Source of the DNA: a bacterium
GTDB taxonomy: Bacteria; UBA8248
Assembly: GCA_965204535.1 (NCBI GenBank)
Contig: OZ241996.1
Span: forward strand, 1,184,001 to 1,248,000
Reading direction: 5' to 3'
DNA length: 64,000 nucleotides
Shown here piece by piece: positions 47,783 through 57,764 of this stretch. The translations under genes and the position numbers were made by a program. The notes under the pieces are model-generated. The model was not told where the DNA came from. It saw only the letters and a list, made by a program, of their open reading frames with translations, and did no database searches. Each line of letters starts with the position of its first letter. Positions within the stretch are counted from its first letter, which is position 1.

Positions 47783-48994
47783 CTAGACGCTGGGGCCATT
47801 CCTGTTGATGGCGAAGGCGTTGTCCTCATACAGGATTTCGGCTTTCGTCATCTTCCCGCTCGCGACTTCGAGCACCTCGTCGTAGACGCGCCTTCCCGCC
47901 ACCTCGATGGGCGCGCCCTCGAAGATGTCCGTCACGTCCACGTCGGTGGTGTCGGCCTGAAGCCTCGCTGAAAGCGGGTTGCCCGTGATGCGGATGGTGC
48001 TCATCAGGGGGTGGTTGATGGTATGGCCGCCGCCCGTGGAGAAGATGAGCACCTGAGAGCCGCCCGCCGCGATGCCGGTGATGGACTCTCCCCCGTGGCC
48101 CGGGGTGTCCATCACGTGGAGCCCGCTTCTTCGGTTCGCGCGCTTCGCCCACGGAATCACGTCCACAATGGGGGCGGAACCCGCCTTCTGGATGGCGCCC
48201 AGGGATTTCTCTTCGATCGTGGTCAGGCCGCCCTCCATGTTGTCGCCCGTGGGCTGGCTGCCCCGGAGATCCACGCCGCAGGCGAGGATGCGCTCTTCCA
48301 TCTCCTCCACCATCCTCCAGATGCGCTTGCCCAGGGCCGGCCTCACGCATTTGGCGGCCAGTACGTCCTCGCCGCCCATCATCTCCGTGGTCTCGGCCAA
48401 AAGCACGCGTCCGCCCTGATTGACGACCTGGTCCGTCACCCAGCCGGTGGCCTTGTTGTGCGAGAGGCCCGAGGTAGTGTCCGACGTTCCGCAGTTGACC
48501 CCCAACAGGAGCTTGCTCACGGAAACTTCCTGGCGGCGTTCGTTCGTGAGTTCTCTCAGCATCTCCATGCCGATGCGCGTGGCCTTGGCGGTGGCGTCTA
48601 TCGCGCCCCCGTCCTCGCGGATGTTGATCGCCTCCACGCGTTTCCCTGTTTTGGCGATTTCATGGGCGATCTCGTCCGCCGTGCAGCCTTCCTCGCGGTG
48701 GTGGTCGATGACAATGACGGCGCCCGCGTTGGCGTTCTGCCCGTGTCCGACGAGGGTCTCGAACGTGCGCTGAATGTCGGGGCCGATCTGGCAGCGTCCC
48801 AGCGGGTGGGTGAGGGCGACGCTATGCCGAAGGGTTCTGGCTACACGCTCGCATGTGGAGTTCGCATAAAGCGTGCCGCTCAACAAGAGCAGGTAGTTTC
48901 TCGCGCCCACGTCGCCGTTTTCCCGTGGATATCCCCACCAGGTTTTTCTCAGACGTTTCGATGAACTTGCGCCGCTTCCGTTTCTTCTGGCCAT
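47783..48994 (-). CDS. UxaA/GarD-family dehydratase large subunit (SuyB-like)
   Basis: GY.R.NG.VG.RN, CGTSD.TSG, ETTE..G.E, GN..GGLTTIEEKSLG, FSTG.G. Confidence 0.88.
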   Translation of the reverse strand: MARRNGSGASSSKRLRKTWWGYPRENGDVGARNYLLLLSGTLYANSTCERVARTLRHSVALTHPLGRCQIGPDIQRTFETLVGHGQNANAGAVIVIDHHREEGCTADEIAHEIAKTGKRVEAINIREDGGAIDATAKATRIGMEMLRELTNERRQEVSVSKLLLGVNCGTSDTTSGLSHNKATGWVTDQVVNQGGRVLLAETTEMMGGEDVLAAKCVRPALGKRIWRMVEEMEERILACGVDLRGSQPTGDNMEGGLTTIEEKSLGAIQKAGSAPIVDVIPWAKRANRRSGLHVMDTPGHGGESITGIAAGGSQVLIFSTGGGHTINHPLMSTIRITGNPLSARLQADTTDVDVTDIFEGAPIEVAGRRVYDEVLEVASGKMTKAEILYEDNAFAINRNGPSV

Positions 48995-49009
48995 GATTGA
49001 CCTCCTGTC

Positions 49010-49303
49010 TTAAGCGAGGTCGCCGCGGCCGCGGGCGCTCTCTATGTTATGCACGTGAATATAGTCGCCCACCTTGATGTCCTTGCTCGCCACACCGATG
49101 GACAGGCCGTATTTCATGCAGTGCTCGCCCTTTTTCAGGGGCTTGATGCAGATTTTGTGGATGTAGGGGATCGCCTGATTCGCCTTGAGCGTCTTGCCCA
49201 TCTTTCCGTTGAGCATGAGGCGAACGGAGCCTCCCTTCGCCACCTTTTCGAGACAGGTGGCGACGTTGTCTCCTTTTTCGATGATCATGGCTGTTACCGG
49301 CAT
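49010..49303 (-). CDS. UxaA-family SAF-domain small subunit (SuyA-like)
   Basis: DNVAT, IP..HK, KYG..IG.A..DI..G..IHVHN.ES.RGRGD. Confidence 0.9.
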   Translation of the reverse strand: MPVTAMIIEKGDNVATCLEKVAKGGSVRLMLNGKMGKTLKANQAIPYIHKICIKPLKKGEHCMKYGLSIGVASKDIKVGDYIHVHNIESARGRGDLA

Positions 49304-49442
49304 GTCTTCTTTTCTCCTTCAAAAATTCAGGGCGCGAATACACCTCGCACCCAATCAAGTGACGGATAATTGAGGGACGTTCAATCAACGAGCCATAAAC
49401 CTAGCGCATGGGGGCCGACACTTCAACAAGGAGAGGCTTTTC

Positions 49443-50492
49443 TCAACTTCCGTGCAACGGCGCCACGCCCACTTCTTCGGCTATCCGGTCCAGATCCTGG
49501 GCGAGCGCTTCTTTGATTGTGATGCCCTCGGTCAGGGCGGCCTGATACCTGCGGTGCGCTCCTTCGCCGGGGATGCGGATTTCATCGAAGCCGGGCGCCA
49601 GGCCCGACCCCTTGATGCGCGTCACGGCTTCATCCACCGCCGCCTCATAGTCGCCGCCCAGGCATCTCTCCGGGTCTATCGCCATGGCGAACATCGGCAG
49701 GCCGAAGGGTTTGTCCGTCTCCAGCCAGTCGGGCTGGTCGGCGTCGAAGCCGTTGCCCGTAAGCGCTCCCGTCAGGAAGGTGAACATGAGCGCCAGGCCG
49801 TATCCCTTGTAATCGCCAAGTGGCAGCATCGTTCCCCTGGCGGCGAGCGTGGCGTCCGTGGTCGGGTTGCCCGAGGGGTCGAGCGCCCAGCCCTCGGGGA
49901 TCGGCTCGCCCGTCCGGGCGGCCAGCAGCACGTAGCCTCTCGCCACCTTGGAGGTGGCGATGTCGAAGAGGATGGGATATTCCTGGTTCGAGGGAACCGC
50001 GAAAGCGACCGGGTTGTTCCCGATCATTCGCTCGTAACCGCCCCACGGGGCGAGGTTTCCCACCGCGCCGCTGATAACCATTCCGATCATGCCATGTTCG
50101 AGCGCCATCGCGGCGAAATAGCCGATGTGGCCCGTGTGGGAGGATTTGCGGATAGCGGACGCTCCGATGCCGCCGGCCTTCGCCTTCTCGATGGCGGCCT
50201 CCATGGCGCGCCGCGCGACGACGGCGCTCATGCCGTAGTCCCCATCCAGGAGAGTAAAAGCGGGCAGATCGGTGATGGTTCGCACACTGGGCTTCGGGTT
50301 CGCCGTCCCGTTTCTCAGGCGCTCCACGAAGACCCCGAAGCGAACGCACCCGTGCGAACTCACGCCCCTCAGTTCGGCGTCCACAATCTGGGCCGCGCAG
50401 GCATTGGCGTCCGCCTCGGGCAGGCCCAGTGCCTGGTAGACGCGCGCGAGATAGGCGTGAAGGTCTTTCGCGTGAACTTTGATGTCCGGCAT
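49443..50492 (-). CDS. Second Ldh_2-family oxidoreductase
   Basis: RGVSSHG, SSH.G, GNNP, DIATS, YKGYGL, IPGE. Confidence 0.9.
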   Translation of the reverse strand: MPDIKVHAKDLHAYLARVYQALGLPEADANACAAQIVDAELRGVSSHGCVRFGVFVERLRNGTANPKPSVRTITDLPAFTLLDGDYGMSAVVARRAMEAAIEKAKAGGIGASAIRKSSHTGHIGYFAAMALEHGMIGMVISGAVGNLAPWGGYERMIGNNPVAFAVPSNQEYPILFDIATSKVARGYVLLAARTGEPIPEGWALDPSGNPTTDATLAARGTMLPLGDYKGYGLALMFTFLTGALTGNGFDADQPDWLETDKPFGLPMFAMAIDPERCLGGDYEAAVDEAVTRIKGSGLAPGFDEIRIPGEGAHRRYQAALTEGITIKEALAQDLDRIAEEVGVAPLHGS

Positions 50493-50619
50493 GTTTTCTC
50501 CCGGCGCGGGCTTGATGGCCGCGCGCAAACAAACCCACCGCCTTGTCTTGGCGGATGGGGAAAAGAGTGCTAAGAGCTATTGCGGTGAGTTTGCCTTTAC
50601 ACATGGAGGGTTCGCAAGC

Positions 50620-51708
50620 ATGAAAGCGTGGCGTTTCTACGCCTTTGGCGATATGCGGTTGGATGAGGTGCCGGACCCCGAGGCGAAGCCGGGCTGGGCC
50701 GTGTGCAAGGTGCGGCGTGTGCAGCCGAGCATCACGGACGTGCAGAGGTCTTTGGGAATCGGAACCATCAATTCGGCGCTTTTGAGGGAAATGCTCGAAA
50801 AATATGCGCCCGTGCAGTTGCTGGGGCACGAGATGAGCGCGGAAGTCGTCGAGGTGGGTGAAGGCGTCGAGCATCTCGAGCCGGGTGACAGGGTGTGCAC
50901 CTCGGGCCACGTGCCGTGCCTCAATTGCAGTTTCTGCCGCGAGGGCCGGGAGATGTACTGCATCGACAAGCTCCACGTGGGCATCAACACGCCGGGCGCG
51001 TTCGCCGAATACATCTCGCTTCCGGCGCACGGGCTCGTCAGGCCGCCGCAGACGCTGGACGATTCTTCCATCGCCTGTCTGCAGCCGCTTTCCTCCACGG
51101 TCGCCGCCATGCGCGATGCGAAGGTCCAGCCGGGCGAGACGGTGGCCATCACCGGTCAGGGGGTCATGGGCCTCTATGCCTTACAGGCTGCGCGCACCTG
51201 CGGGGCGGGCGCCGTCTACGTGAGCGACGTGAAAGACGAAGCCCTTGCCTTGAGCCGCAAGTTCGGTGCGGACGAAGTCATCGACGCGCGGGTTGATGAT
51301 CCCGTCGAGAGGGTGATGGAGATTACGGAGGGCAGGGGCGTCGACCTCGTCTTCGAGTGCGCGGGCGGGAACGCGGATCAGGGGCTTTCAGGCCACACCA
51401 CCCTGCGCCAGGCGACGCGCATGGTGCGCATCGGCGGGCGCGTCATCCAGATCGCGGGCCTCATCGGAGACGTGAAATTCGACCCGGTCTTCATGCGCGC
51501 CCAGGGGATTCAGTGGATTTACCCGGAAGGCCATGGCGCGGACACCGTGGCTCTGGGCGGAAAATGGGTGGCCAGCGGAAGGATCGATGTGAACTCTCTC
51601 ATCACGCACGAGGAGCACGGCATCGAAAACCTGCCCCGCGTGATGGAGATCACCGACAAGAAGGCCGAATACCGGGCCACGAACCCTTGCCAACTCGTTC
51701 TGGCTTAA
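50620..51708 (+). CDS. MDR/zinc-type alcohol dehydrogenase family protein
   Basis: GHE, GDRV, CLNCSFC..C structural Zn site, GAFAEY, GQGVMG; ggagg RBS. Confidence 0.88.
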   Translation: MKAWRFYAFGDMRLDEVPDPEAKPGWAVCKVRRVQPSITDVQRSLGIGTINSALLREMLEKYAPVQLLGHEMSAEVVEVGEGVEHLEPGDRVCTSGHVPCLNCSFCREGREMYCIDKLHVGINTPGAFAEYISLPAHGLVRPPQTLDDSSIACLQPLSSTVAAMRDAKVQPGETVAITGQGVMGLYALQAARTCGAGAVYVSDVKDEALALSRKFGADEVIDARVDDPVERVMEITEGRGVDLVFECAGGNADQGLSGHTTLRQATRMVRIGGRVIQIAGLIGDVKFDPVFMRAQGIQWIYPEGHGADTVALGGKWVASGRIDVNSLITHEEHGIENLPRVMEITDKKAEYRATNPCQLVLA

Positions 51709-51756
51709 GCAGCAGTATTTCATCATCAGTTTTCATGATTTTCTAAGGAGAAAAAA

Positions 51757-52545
51757 ATGGACCTTGGGTTGAAGGGAAAGATCGCCATCGTGACGGGCGC
51801 GAGCCGGGGCATCGGCCGCGAATGCGCTATCGCGCTGGCGAAAGAGGGCGCCCGCGTATGCGTTACGGCGCGCGATGAAGCGCTTTTGGCTACGGCAGTG
51901 GAAGATGTGAACGCCGCAGGGGGCGAGGGAATGTCCGTCTCCTCCGATCTGAACTCTCTCGATGGCTGCAAGAAGGTGGTCGATGCGTGCGTCGCGAATT
52001 TCGGCGGCGTGGACATCCTCATCAACAGCGCGGGCGCGGCGCGGGGCGGAGACATTCTTGAACTCGACGCGGAGTTCATTACCGAGGCGCTCACGCTCAA
52101 GACGTACGGGTATCTGCGCATGTCCCAATTGGTGATCCCCCACATGAAGAAAAACGCCTGGGGACGCATCGTGAACATCGCGGGTGGCGCGGGCACGAGC
52201 CCGGCGCGGGGGAACATCCCCACGAGTGCGGCGAACATCACGGTGCTCAACAACACGAGGGCGCTCTCGGACGCCGTGGCGGGAGATGGGATTCAGGTGA
52301 ACACCGTGTGTCCGGGCATGACGAACACGCAGCGCGCGCGCGACCTCATGCAGGGACCCGCGGACAAGGCGGGCAAGGACGTGGAGGAGTTCTTGAAAGA
52401 AGTCGGCGCGAGGACGCCGGCCGGCAGAATCGCCGAGCCCGAGGAGGTGGCGAACGTCGCCACGTTCCTGGCCTCCGCCGCGTGTTCTTATGTGAACGGC
52501 AGTTCCCTCTACATGGACGGCGGCGGCCGCCGGGCGACGCCGTAG
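51757..52545 (+). CDS. SDR family oxidoreductase (atypical active site)
   Basis: MDLGLKGK, TGASRGIG, NSAG, VN.VCPG; YxxxK replaced by TSAAN. Confidence 0.88.
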   Translation: MDLGLKGKIAIVTGASRGIGRECAIALAKEGARVCVTARDEALLATAVEDVNAAGGEGMSVSSDLNSLDGCKKVVDACVANFGGVDILINSAGAARGGDILELDAEFITEALTLKTYGYLRMSQLVIPHMKKNAWGRIVNIAGGAGTSPARGNIPTSAANITVLNNTRALSDAVAGDGIQVNTVCPGMTNTQRARDLMQGPADKAGKDVEEFLKEVGARTPAGRIAEPEEVANVATFLASAACSYVNGSSLYMDGGGRRATP

Positions 52546-52634
52546 GTAACAGCGAACTCGTTTTTCTCCTCCGGGCGGGATTCTCAAGCGCCGCCCGGAG
52601 GATTTTTCTTGATATTTTGAGGGATGAGACTGAG

Positions 52635-53708
52635 ATGGCGAAACTTTTCGATGAATTTTCTTTGCGGGGCGTGACGCTCAGGAACCGGATTTGCGTGTCC
52701 CCCATGTGCCAGTACAGCGCGGAGGACGGCAGGCTCACCGACTGGCATCTCGTGCACCTGGGCGCCCGCGCGGCAGGCGGCGCGGGACTGGTAATGGTCG
52801 AGATGACGAACGTGGAGGCGCGGGGGCGCATTACGCACGGGTGCTCGGGCATCTGGTCGGATGCGCATGTCGAGCCGCTGTCTCGGGTCGCGCGCTTCGT
52901 CTCCGGCCAGGGAGCCGTCGCCGGGATTCAGATAGGCCACGCAGGCCGCAAGGGCAGCTGCGCGCCCACCTGGGAGGGTGGGGGCTATCTTTCGGATGAG
53001 GAGGGCGGATGGGAAATCGTGGCGCCGAGCGCGATTCCGTTTCACGAGAAGGCGCGCGTACCCAGGGCGTTGAGCATTGAGGAAATCGCCGTGATTCAGG
53101 AAGCGTTTCGCCAGGGCGCGAGACGAGCAGACGAGGCGGGTTTCGGGTGGCTCGAGATTCACGGCGCGCACGGGTATCTGTTCCACAGCTTCCATTCTCC
53201 GGTTTCGAATCAAAGAGAAGACAACTACGGTGGGAGCTTCGAGAACCGCATCCGTTTCACGCTGGAGACGGTCCGAATCGTGAGGGAGCAATGGCCGGAG
53301 GATAAACCGCTCGCTATCCGCCTCTCGTGCACCGATTATTACGAGGGCGGCTGGACGCTCGATGAAACGATAGAACTCGCGAAAACCCTCAAAACCGAAG
53401 GAGTCGACCTCATCGATTGCAGCGGGGGCGGGGGAACGCCGCTGGCGAAGATTCCCGTGGGTCCCGGATACCAGACGCCGCTCTCACAAGCCGTGCGGGA
53501 GGGAGCCGACATACCCACCGGCACCGTGGGGATGATCACGCAGGCCTGGCAGGCGGATCAGATTGTCCGAAACGGTGAGGCCGACCTCGTTTTCATGGCG
53601 CGCGAGATGTTGCGCGAGCCTTATTGGCCGCAAAAGGCGGCCGCCGCGCTCGGCGTGATGGATGAGGCCTACGTCGCCGACCAGTACCACCGCGCACACG
53701 GGAGGTGA
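52635..53708 (+). CDS. NADH:flavin oxidoreductase, Old Yellow Enzyme YqjM/NamA-like
   Basis: SPMCQYS, QIGHAGRK, EIHGAHGYL, N.R.D.YGGSFENR.R, PGYQ. Confidence 0.92.
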   Translation: MAKLFDEFSLRGVTLRNRICVSPMCQYSAEDGRLTDWHLVHLGARAAGGAGLVMVEMTNVEARGRITHGCSGIWSDAHVEPLSRVARFVSGQGAVAGIQIGHAGRKGSCAPTWEGGGYLSDEEGGWEIVAPSAIPFHEKARVPRALSIEEIAVIQEAFRQGARRADEAGFGWLEIHGAHGYLFHSFHSPVSNQREDNYGGSFENRIRFTLETVRIVREQWPEDKPLAIRLSCTDYYEGGWTLDETIELAKTLKTEGVDLIDCSGGGGTPLAKIPVGPGYQTPLSQAVREGADIPTGTVGMITQAWQADQIVRNGEADLVFMAREMLREPYWPQKAAAALGVMDEAYVADQYHRAHGR

Positions 53709-53769
53709 AGCTCGAATCGTCGCTCATCTGGATTTCTGCCGCACCCTGTGGTCGGCTAACGCGCAAACA

Positions 53770-53798
53770 TTGACAGGGTTCAAGGGCCGTGTTGTAAT
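53770..53798 (+). promoter_or_regulatory. Candidate sigma70 promoter of Liv-type ABC operon
   Basis: TTGACA-17bp-TGTAAT with extended -10 TG. Confidence 0.55.
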
Positions 53799-53855
53799 TT
53801 CCGCACTCTCAAACAGTTGAATTTCTGAGTCCTTTTCCACACGGGAGAAAAGTCG

Positions 53856-55040
53856 ATGAACCACATTTTTTCGCGCGTTTTGAAACGCGCCACTTTCTGG
53901 GTTGCGTTCGTCGTGGCGATTGGTTTGTTGGGCGGCCCGCTCGCCGGTGACGCGCCGGCGGCCAAGAAGAAACCGCTTCGCTTCGGGGTCGCCGATCCCC
54001 TGACGGGGCCTGCCGCGATTTTCGGCAAGGATCAGATGCAGGCGGTCCGCTGGGCGGTCGAGGACATCAACGCCAAGGGCGGCGTCAACGGCCATCCGCT
54101 CGAAGCCATCATTCTGGATCATCAGGCGAAACCCGAGGTCGGCATCGCGGTGGTCAACCGCTTCGTCCACGTGGAGAAGGTCCCCGTGTACATCACCGCG
54201 TTCAGCAACGTGGTCAAGGCGGTCGCGCCCATCGCGAACCGCGAGAAGGTGTTGATGCTCAGCGTGGGCGCAAACGCGCCGGCCATCGCACGGCTGGGCG
54301 ATTACGTCTATACGACTTTCCCGCTGGCCGACGTGGATATGAACGCCTTGGGCAAATACGCTTATCAGAAGATGGGCAAACGCCGCGCCGCCGTCTTGCA
54401 CGTGAACCACGAGACGGGCCGGGACGGCGCCAAGGTCTTCAGTAACAGCTTCAAGAAGGCCGGCGGCAAAATCGTCGTTTATGAGTCCTACGAGCAGGAA
54501 CGCTCGGATTTCACCGGCCTGGTGCTCAAGGTGAAAGCGGCGAATCCCGACATCATCCACATCCACAGCGTGATCCGCGATTTCACGGCCGTCGTCGCGC
54601 AGATGCGCCAACTCGGCGTCAAAACCCAGATCACCAGCTACCAGACAGCCTTCAACCCAAAGATGATCCAGCAGTTGGGCAAGGGGGCCGAGGGCATCAT
54701 CGTGACCGCGCTGGCCCCCAGCGTGGAGGACAACAAGAACCTGCCCGCCTATATCGAGCGCTGGAAAAAGGCGTACAAGCGCATGCCCATCGGGCTGCCC
54801 TATACGCAGTATTTCTACGATGCGCCCTATATCGTTGCGGCGCTCTACAAATGGGTGCTGGACAAGAAGCTGCCAATCACAGGCGAGAACATGCGCAAGG
54901 CGCTGGTCGCGATAAAGACGTTCGAGCAGCCCTTGACCAATACGGTCACGATCAACGACGACCACACGGTCAAGAAACCGGTTTATTTCTGGCAGGTGAA
55001 GGGTGGTAAATTCACGTTAATCGGTTCCCAGAAGGACTGA
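53856..55040 (+). CDS. Branched-chain amino-acid-type ABC substrate-binding protein
   Basis: Signal peptide, PLTGP.A.FG, INAKGGVNG, DF....K.KAANPD, YDA. Confidence 0.9.
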   Translation: MNHIFSRVLKRATFWVAFVVAIGLLGGPLAGDAPAAKKKPLRFGVADPLTGPAAIFGKDQMQAVRWAVEDINAKGGVNGHPLEAIILDHQAKPEVGIAVVNRFVHVEKVPVYITAFSNVVKAVAPIANREKVLMLSVGANAPAIARLGDYVYTTFPLADVDMNALGKYAYQKMGKRRAAVLHVNHETGRDGAKVFSNSFKKAGGKIVVYESYEQERSDFTGLVLKVKAANPDIIHIHSVIRDFTAVVAQMRQLGVKTQITSYQTAFNPKMIQQLGKGAEGIIVTALAPSVEDNKNLPAYIERWKKAYKRMPIGLPYTQYFYDAPYIVAALYKWVLDKKLPITGENMRKALVAIKTFEQPLTNTVTINDDHTVKKPVYFWQVKGGKFTLIGSQKD

Positions 55041-55059
55041 TCCCGAATGCTTCCTCTGC

Positions 55060-55085
55060 GTGGGCGCGCCTGCCGGCGCGCCCAC
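55060..55085 (+). repeat. Intercistronic hairpin after SBP gene
   Basis: gtgggcgcgcc-tgcc-ggcgcgcccac, 11-bp stem, no T-run. Confidence 0.7.
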
Positions 55086-55114
55086 CGGGATATTATCGTG
55101 TGTGACGCCAAGCC

Positions 55115-56062
55115 ATGCTGACCTGGGGGATTTTGGGGCAACTCTTGTGGACGGGCTTCGCCGCCGCGACCTATTACTGCCTGTTTGCGGTCGCCTTCTC
55201 ACTCGTCCTCAAAGTCAACAAGATATGGAACTTCGCCCAGGCCGGGGTGATGGTGTTCGCCTACTACTCCCTGCTCGTGGCGTTCCGGCACTGGGGTTTG
55301 CCGCTGGTTCCCGCCCTGGTTTTCGGGCTCCTGATAACGCTTGGCGTATCGCTCGCCCTCGAGCGCTATGCCTTCATGGTTTTCCGTGACCGCAACTCCT
55401 CGATCCTGACCCTGTTCATCTTCACGATCGTGTTTTCGGAGTTCTCGGTCTATCTCATGGAACTGGTCTTCGGAACCGAACCGCAGACGCTTTACCCGAG
55501 CCTATTGTGGCCCGTCGACTTATACGCCGGCATTGCGATCAGCCACTGGGACTTGATGGCGATTGCGGTGACGGCGGTGCTGCTGCTGCTCCTCTACCTG
55601 TTCATCCACCGCACGCGCTACGGCCGGTATCTGATCGCCGTCGCCGATAACGAGAATCTGGCCGAAATATACGGTATCAGTCGAAAACGCGCCTACGGCG
55701 TTTCGATCTCCATTGCTGCGGTGCTCATCACCGCCGGCATGTATCTCTTCGGGACCAAGGCGGCGCTGTTTCCCTCCACGCCGCTCCAGCATCTGTTGAT
55801 CTTCGCCGTCATCGCGACGATTCTGGCCGGGATCGGCAACATCTTTCGCGCCGGAATCGCGGCGGTCGCGCTGAGCCTCATACAGGCTTTCAGCATTCTC
55901 GTCATCGCCTCCAAATGGCAGGCGCTGCTGGCCTATATTCTGATATTCGTCGTCATCATCTTCTTCCCGCGCGGATTCGCCTTGCCGCGCAAGCTGAGCG
56001 GGCTGGTAAGGCCATCGGGACGTTCCGCCGCGGTGGCGGTAGCCGACCCTGCGGGAGACTGA
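55115..56062 (+). CDS. LivH-like ABC permease
   Basis: NFAQ, RTRYG...AVADN..LA...GI, FPRG; hydrophobic. Confidence 0.88.
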   Translation: MLTWGILGQLLWTGFAAATYYCLFAVAFSLVLKVNKIWNFAQAGVMVFAYYSLLVAFRHWGLPLVPALVFGLLITLGVSLALERYAFMVFRDRNSSILTLFIFTIVFSEFSVYLMELVFGTEPQTLYPSLLWPVDLYAGIAISHWDLMAIAVTAVLLLLLYLFIHRTRYGRYLIAVADNENLAEIYGISRKRAYGVSISIAAVLITAGMYLFGTKAALFPSTPLQHLLIFAVIATILAGIGNIFRAGIAAVALSLIQAFSILVIASKWQALLAYILIFVVIIFFPRGFALPRKLSGLVRPSGRSAAVAVADPAGD

Positions 56063-56069
56063 ACCGGAA

Positions 56070-56984
56070 ATGGAATATCTCCTCACCGTCATGGTGCTCA
56101 TCGGGATCAACGTGATCCTCGCTACGAGCTTCAACCTCATTCTGGGATACGGCGGGCTGATGAGCGTCGCCCATCCCATCTTCTACGCCATCGGAGCCTA
56201 TTGCTCAGGACTTCTGGCGATTCACCTGCAGATTCCGGTTCCGCTCTCTATCCTGATGGGAGCAGCAATCGCGATGGTGCTGTCGTTCGGCGTCTCGTTG
56301 CCCTCGCTTCGCGTGTCGGGCGATTACCTCGTCATCGCCAGCATCGGGTTTCAGTTGGGTATCCTGCACGTCATCAACAACCTCGAATTCACAGGCGCGG
56401 CCGGCGGGCTGACCAACATTCCGGTGCTGAACGAAGGCCCGTCGAGAAGCCTCGTCTTCGTGTTGCTTATCGCGGTCGTCGCCGCCTGCGCGGTCCTGCT
56501 TGTGGGCTGGATCGTCGAAGGGGATTACGGGCGGGCCATCACTGCCATGCGCAACGACGAGGAGGCCTTCAGCGCCCTGGGTCGCAACGCGATGAACATC
56601 AAGATCGTCCTGTTCGCCATCGGCTCGGGCATGGCCGGCCTCGCGGGCGCGCTGTATGCGCATTACTTCGCCTACGTCACGCCCGAGCAGTTTGGCATAT
56701 TCACTTCAGCGGCCCTGCTGACGATGGTGGTCGTGGGCGGCGCCGCCACGACGTGGGGCCCCCTGGTGGGCGCGGTGCTGCTAACGACCCTTCCGCAGGC
56801 CATCACGTTTCTCGGTCTGCCCGTCTCCATCATGGCGCCGCTTCAGGGCGTCATCTACACGACGCTCGTTATTTCCTTCCTATTCGCGCGGCCCCAGGGC
56901 CTGACGGGAGGCACCAGGGGCGGCGGAGGGCTCGAGGCCTGGAGCGCGAGCGCGGCCTTCAGGGCGAGGAGGGATGCGGAGTGA
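56070..56984 (+). CDS. LivM-like ABC permease
   Basis: NLILGYGG..S..H..FY.IGAY, LR..GDY, A.R.DE.A..ALG, GGA...GP..GA, RPQGL. Confidence 0.9.
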   Translation: MEYLLTVMVLIGINVILATSFNLILGYGGLMSVAHPIFYAIGAYCSGLLAIHLQIPVPLSILMGAAIAMVLSFGVSLPSLRVSGDYLVIASIGFQLGILHVINNLEFTGAAGGLTNIPVLNEGPSRSLVFVLLIAVVAACAVLLVGWIVEGDYGRAITAMRNDEEAFSALGRNAMNIKIVLFAIGSGMAGLAGALYAHYFAYVTPEQFGIFTSAALLTMVVVGGAATTWGPLVGAVLLTTLPQAITFLGLPVSIMAPLQGVIYTTLVISFLFARPQGLTGGTRGGGGLEAWSASAAFRARRDAE

Positions 56985-57751
56985 GCGCAATCGTCAGGGT
57001 CGAGGATCTGCACAAGAGTTTCGGCGGAATCGTGGTGGCGGACGACGTCAACCTGAGCTTCGAAGCGGGCGAGATCGTCGGCCTCATCGGTCCCAACGGC
57101 GCGGGCAAGACGTCTTTGTTCAACCTGATCTCGGGCGTCATTCCACCCGATGCGGGATCGATATTCGTGGAAAGCCATCGCGTGGATCAACTGCCCATGC
57201 ACCACCGCGCGCGGATCGGCCTGGCCCGAACCTGGCAGAACACGCGCATGTTTCACTCCATGTCGGTGATAGACAACCTGCTGATAGCAACGCGGCGCTA
57301 CCCCGGAGAATCGCTGGCGCGCATTCTGTTTCGTCGCCGCTCGGTCGACGCCTTCCGCCAGGAGGCGACGGAAAAAGCCATGGTGCTTCTCGAGCGGGTA
57401 GGGCTCGCGGACAAGATGCACGAAATGGCGATTGAACTCTCCTACGGCCAGCAGAAGCGGATCGGCCTGGCCCGGGCGCTGATGAGCGACGCGGCGTGCC
57501 TGTTGCTGGACGAGCCCATGGCGGGTGTCGAAGGGCAGGCGTATGAAACGATCATCCGCGTCATCCGCGAAGAGGCCCAGGCCGGTCGCGCGGTCTGCGT
57601 GGTGGAGCACAACATCTCGTTCATACGCGACATCAGCGATCGCACGGTTTTCATGTTCAACGGATGTGTTCTGGCCAGCGGCTCCGTCGACGAACTGACG
57701 CGCGATTCGCAACTCACGGATCTGTATTTTGGCGGCGAACACCCGCAGTAA
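56981..57751 (+). CDS. LivG-like ABC ATPase
   Basis: GPNGAGKT, ARTWQ, LSYGQ, LLLDEP.AG, VEH; GTGA overlap. Confidence 0.9.
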   Translation: MSAIVRVEDLHKSFGGIVVADDVNLSFEAGEIVGLIGPNGAGKTSLFNLISGVIPPDAGSIFVESHRVDQLPMHHRARIGLARTWQNTRMFHSMSVIDNLLIATRRYPGESLARILFRRRSVDAFRQEATEKAMVLLERVGLADKMHEMAIELSYGQQKRIGLARALMSDAACLLLDEPMAGVEGQAYETIIRVIREEAQAGRAVCVVEHNISFIRDISDRTVFMFNGCVLASGSVDELTRDSQLTDLYFGGEHPQ

Positions 57752-57764
57752 TCGAGAGAGAACG

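Noticed and set aside
52308-52634. N-terminal extensions of ORFs 52308, 2514, 56201 and 42796 suggesting fusions or frameshifts
   Set aside because: Extensions overlap upstream genes in another frame; internal starts with RBS or stop-start overlaps explain the real genes
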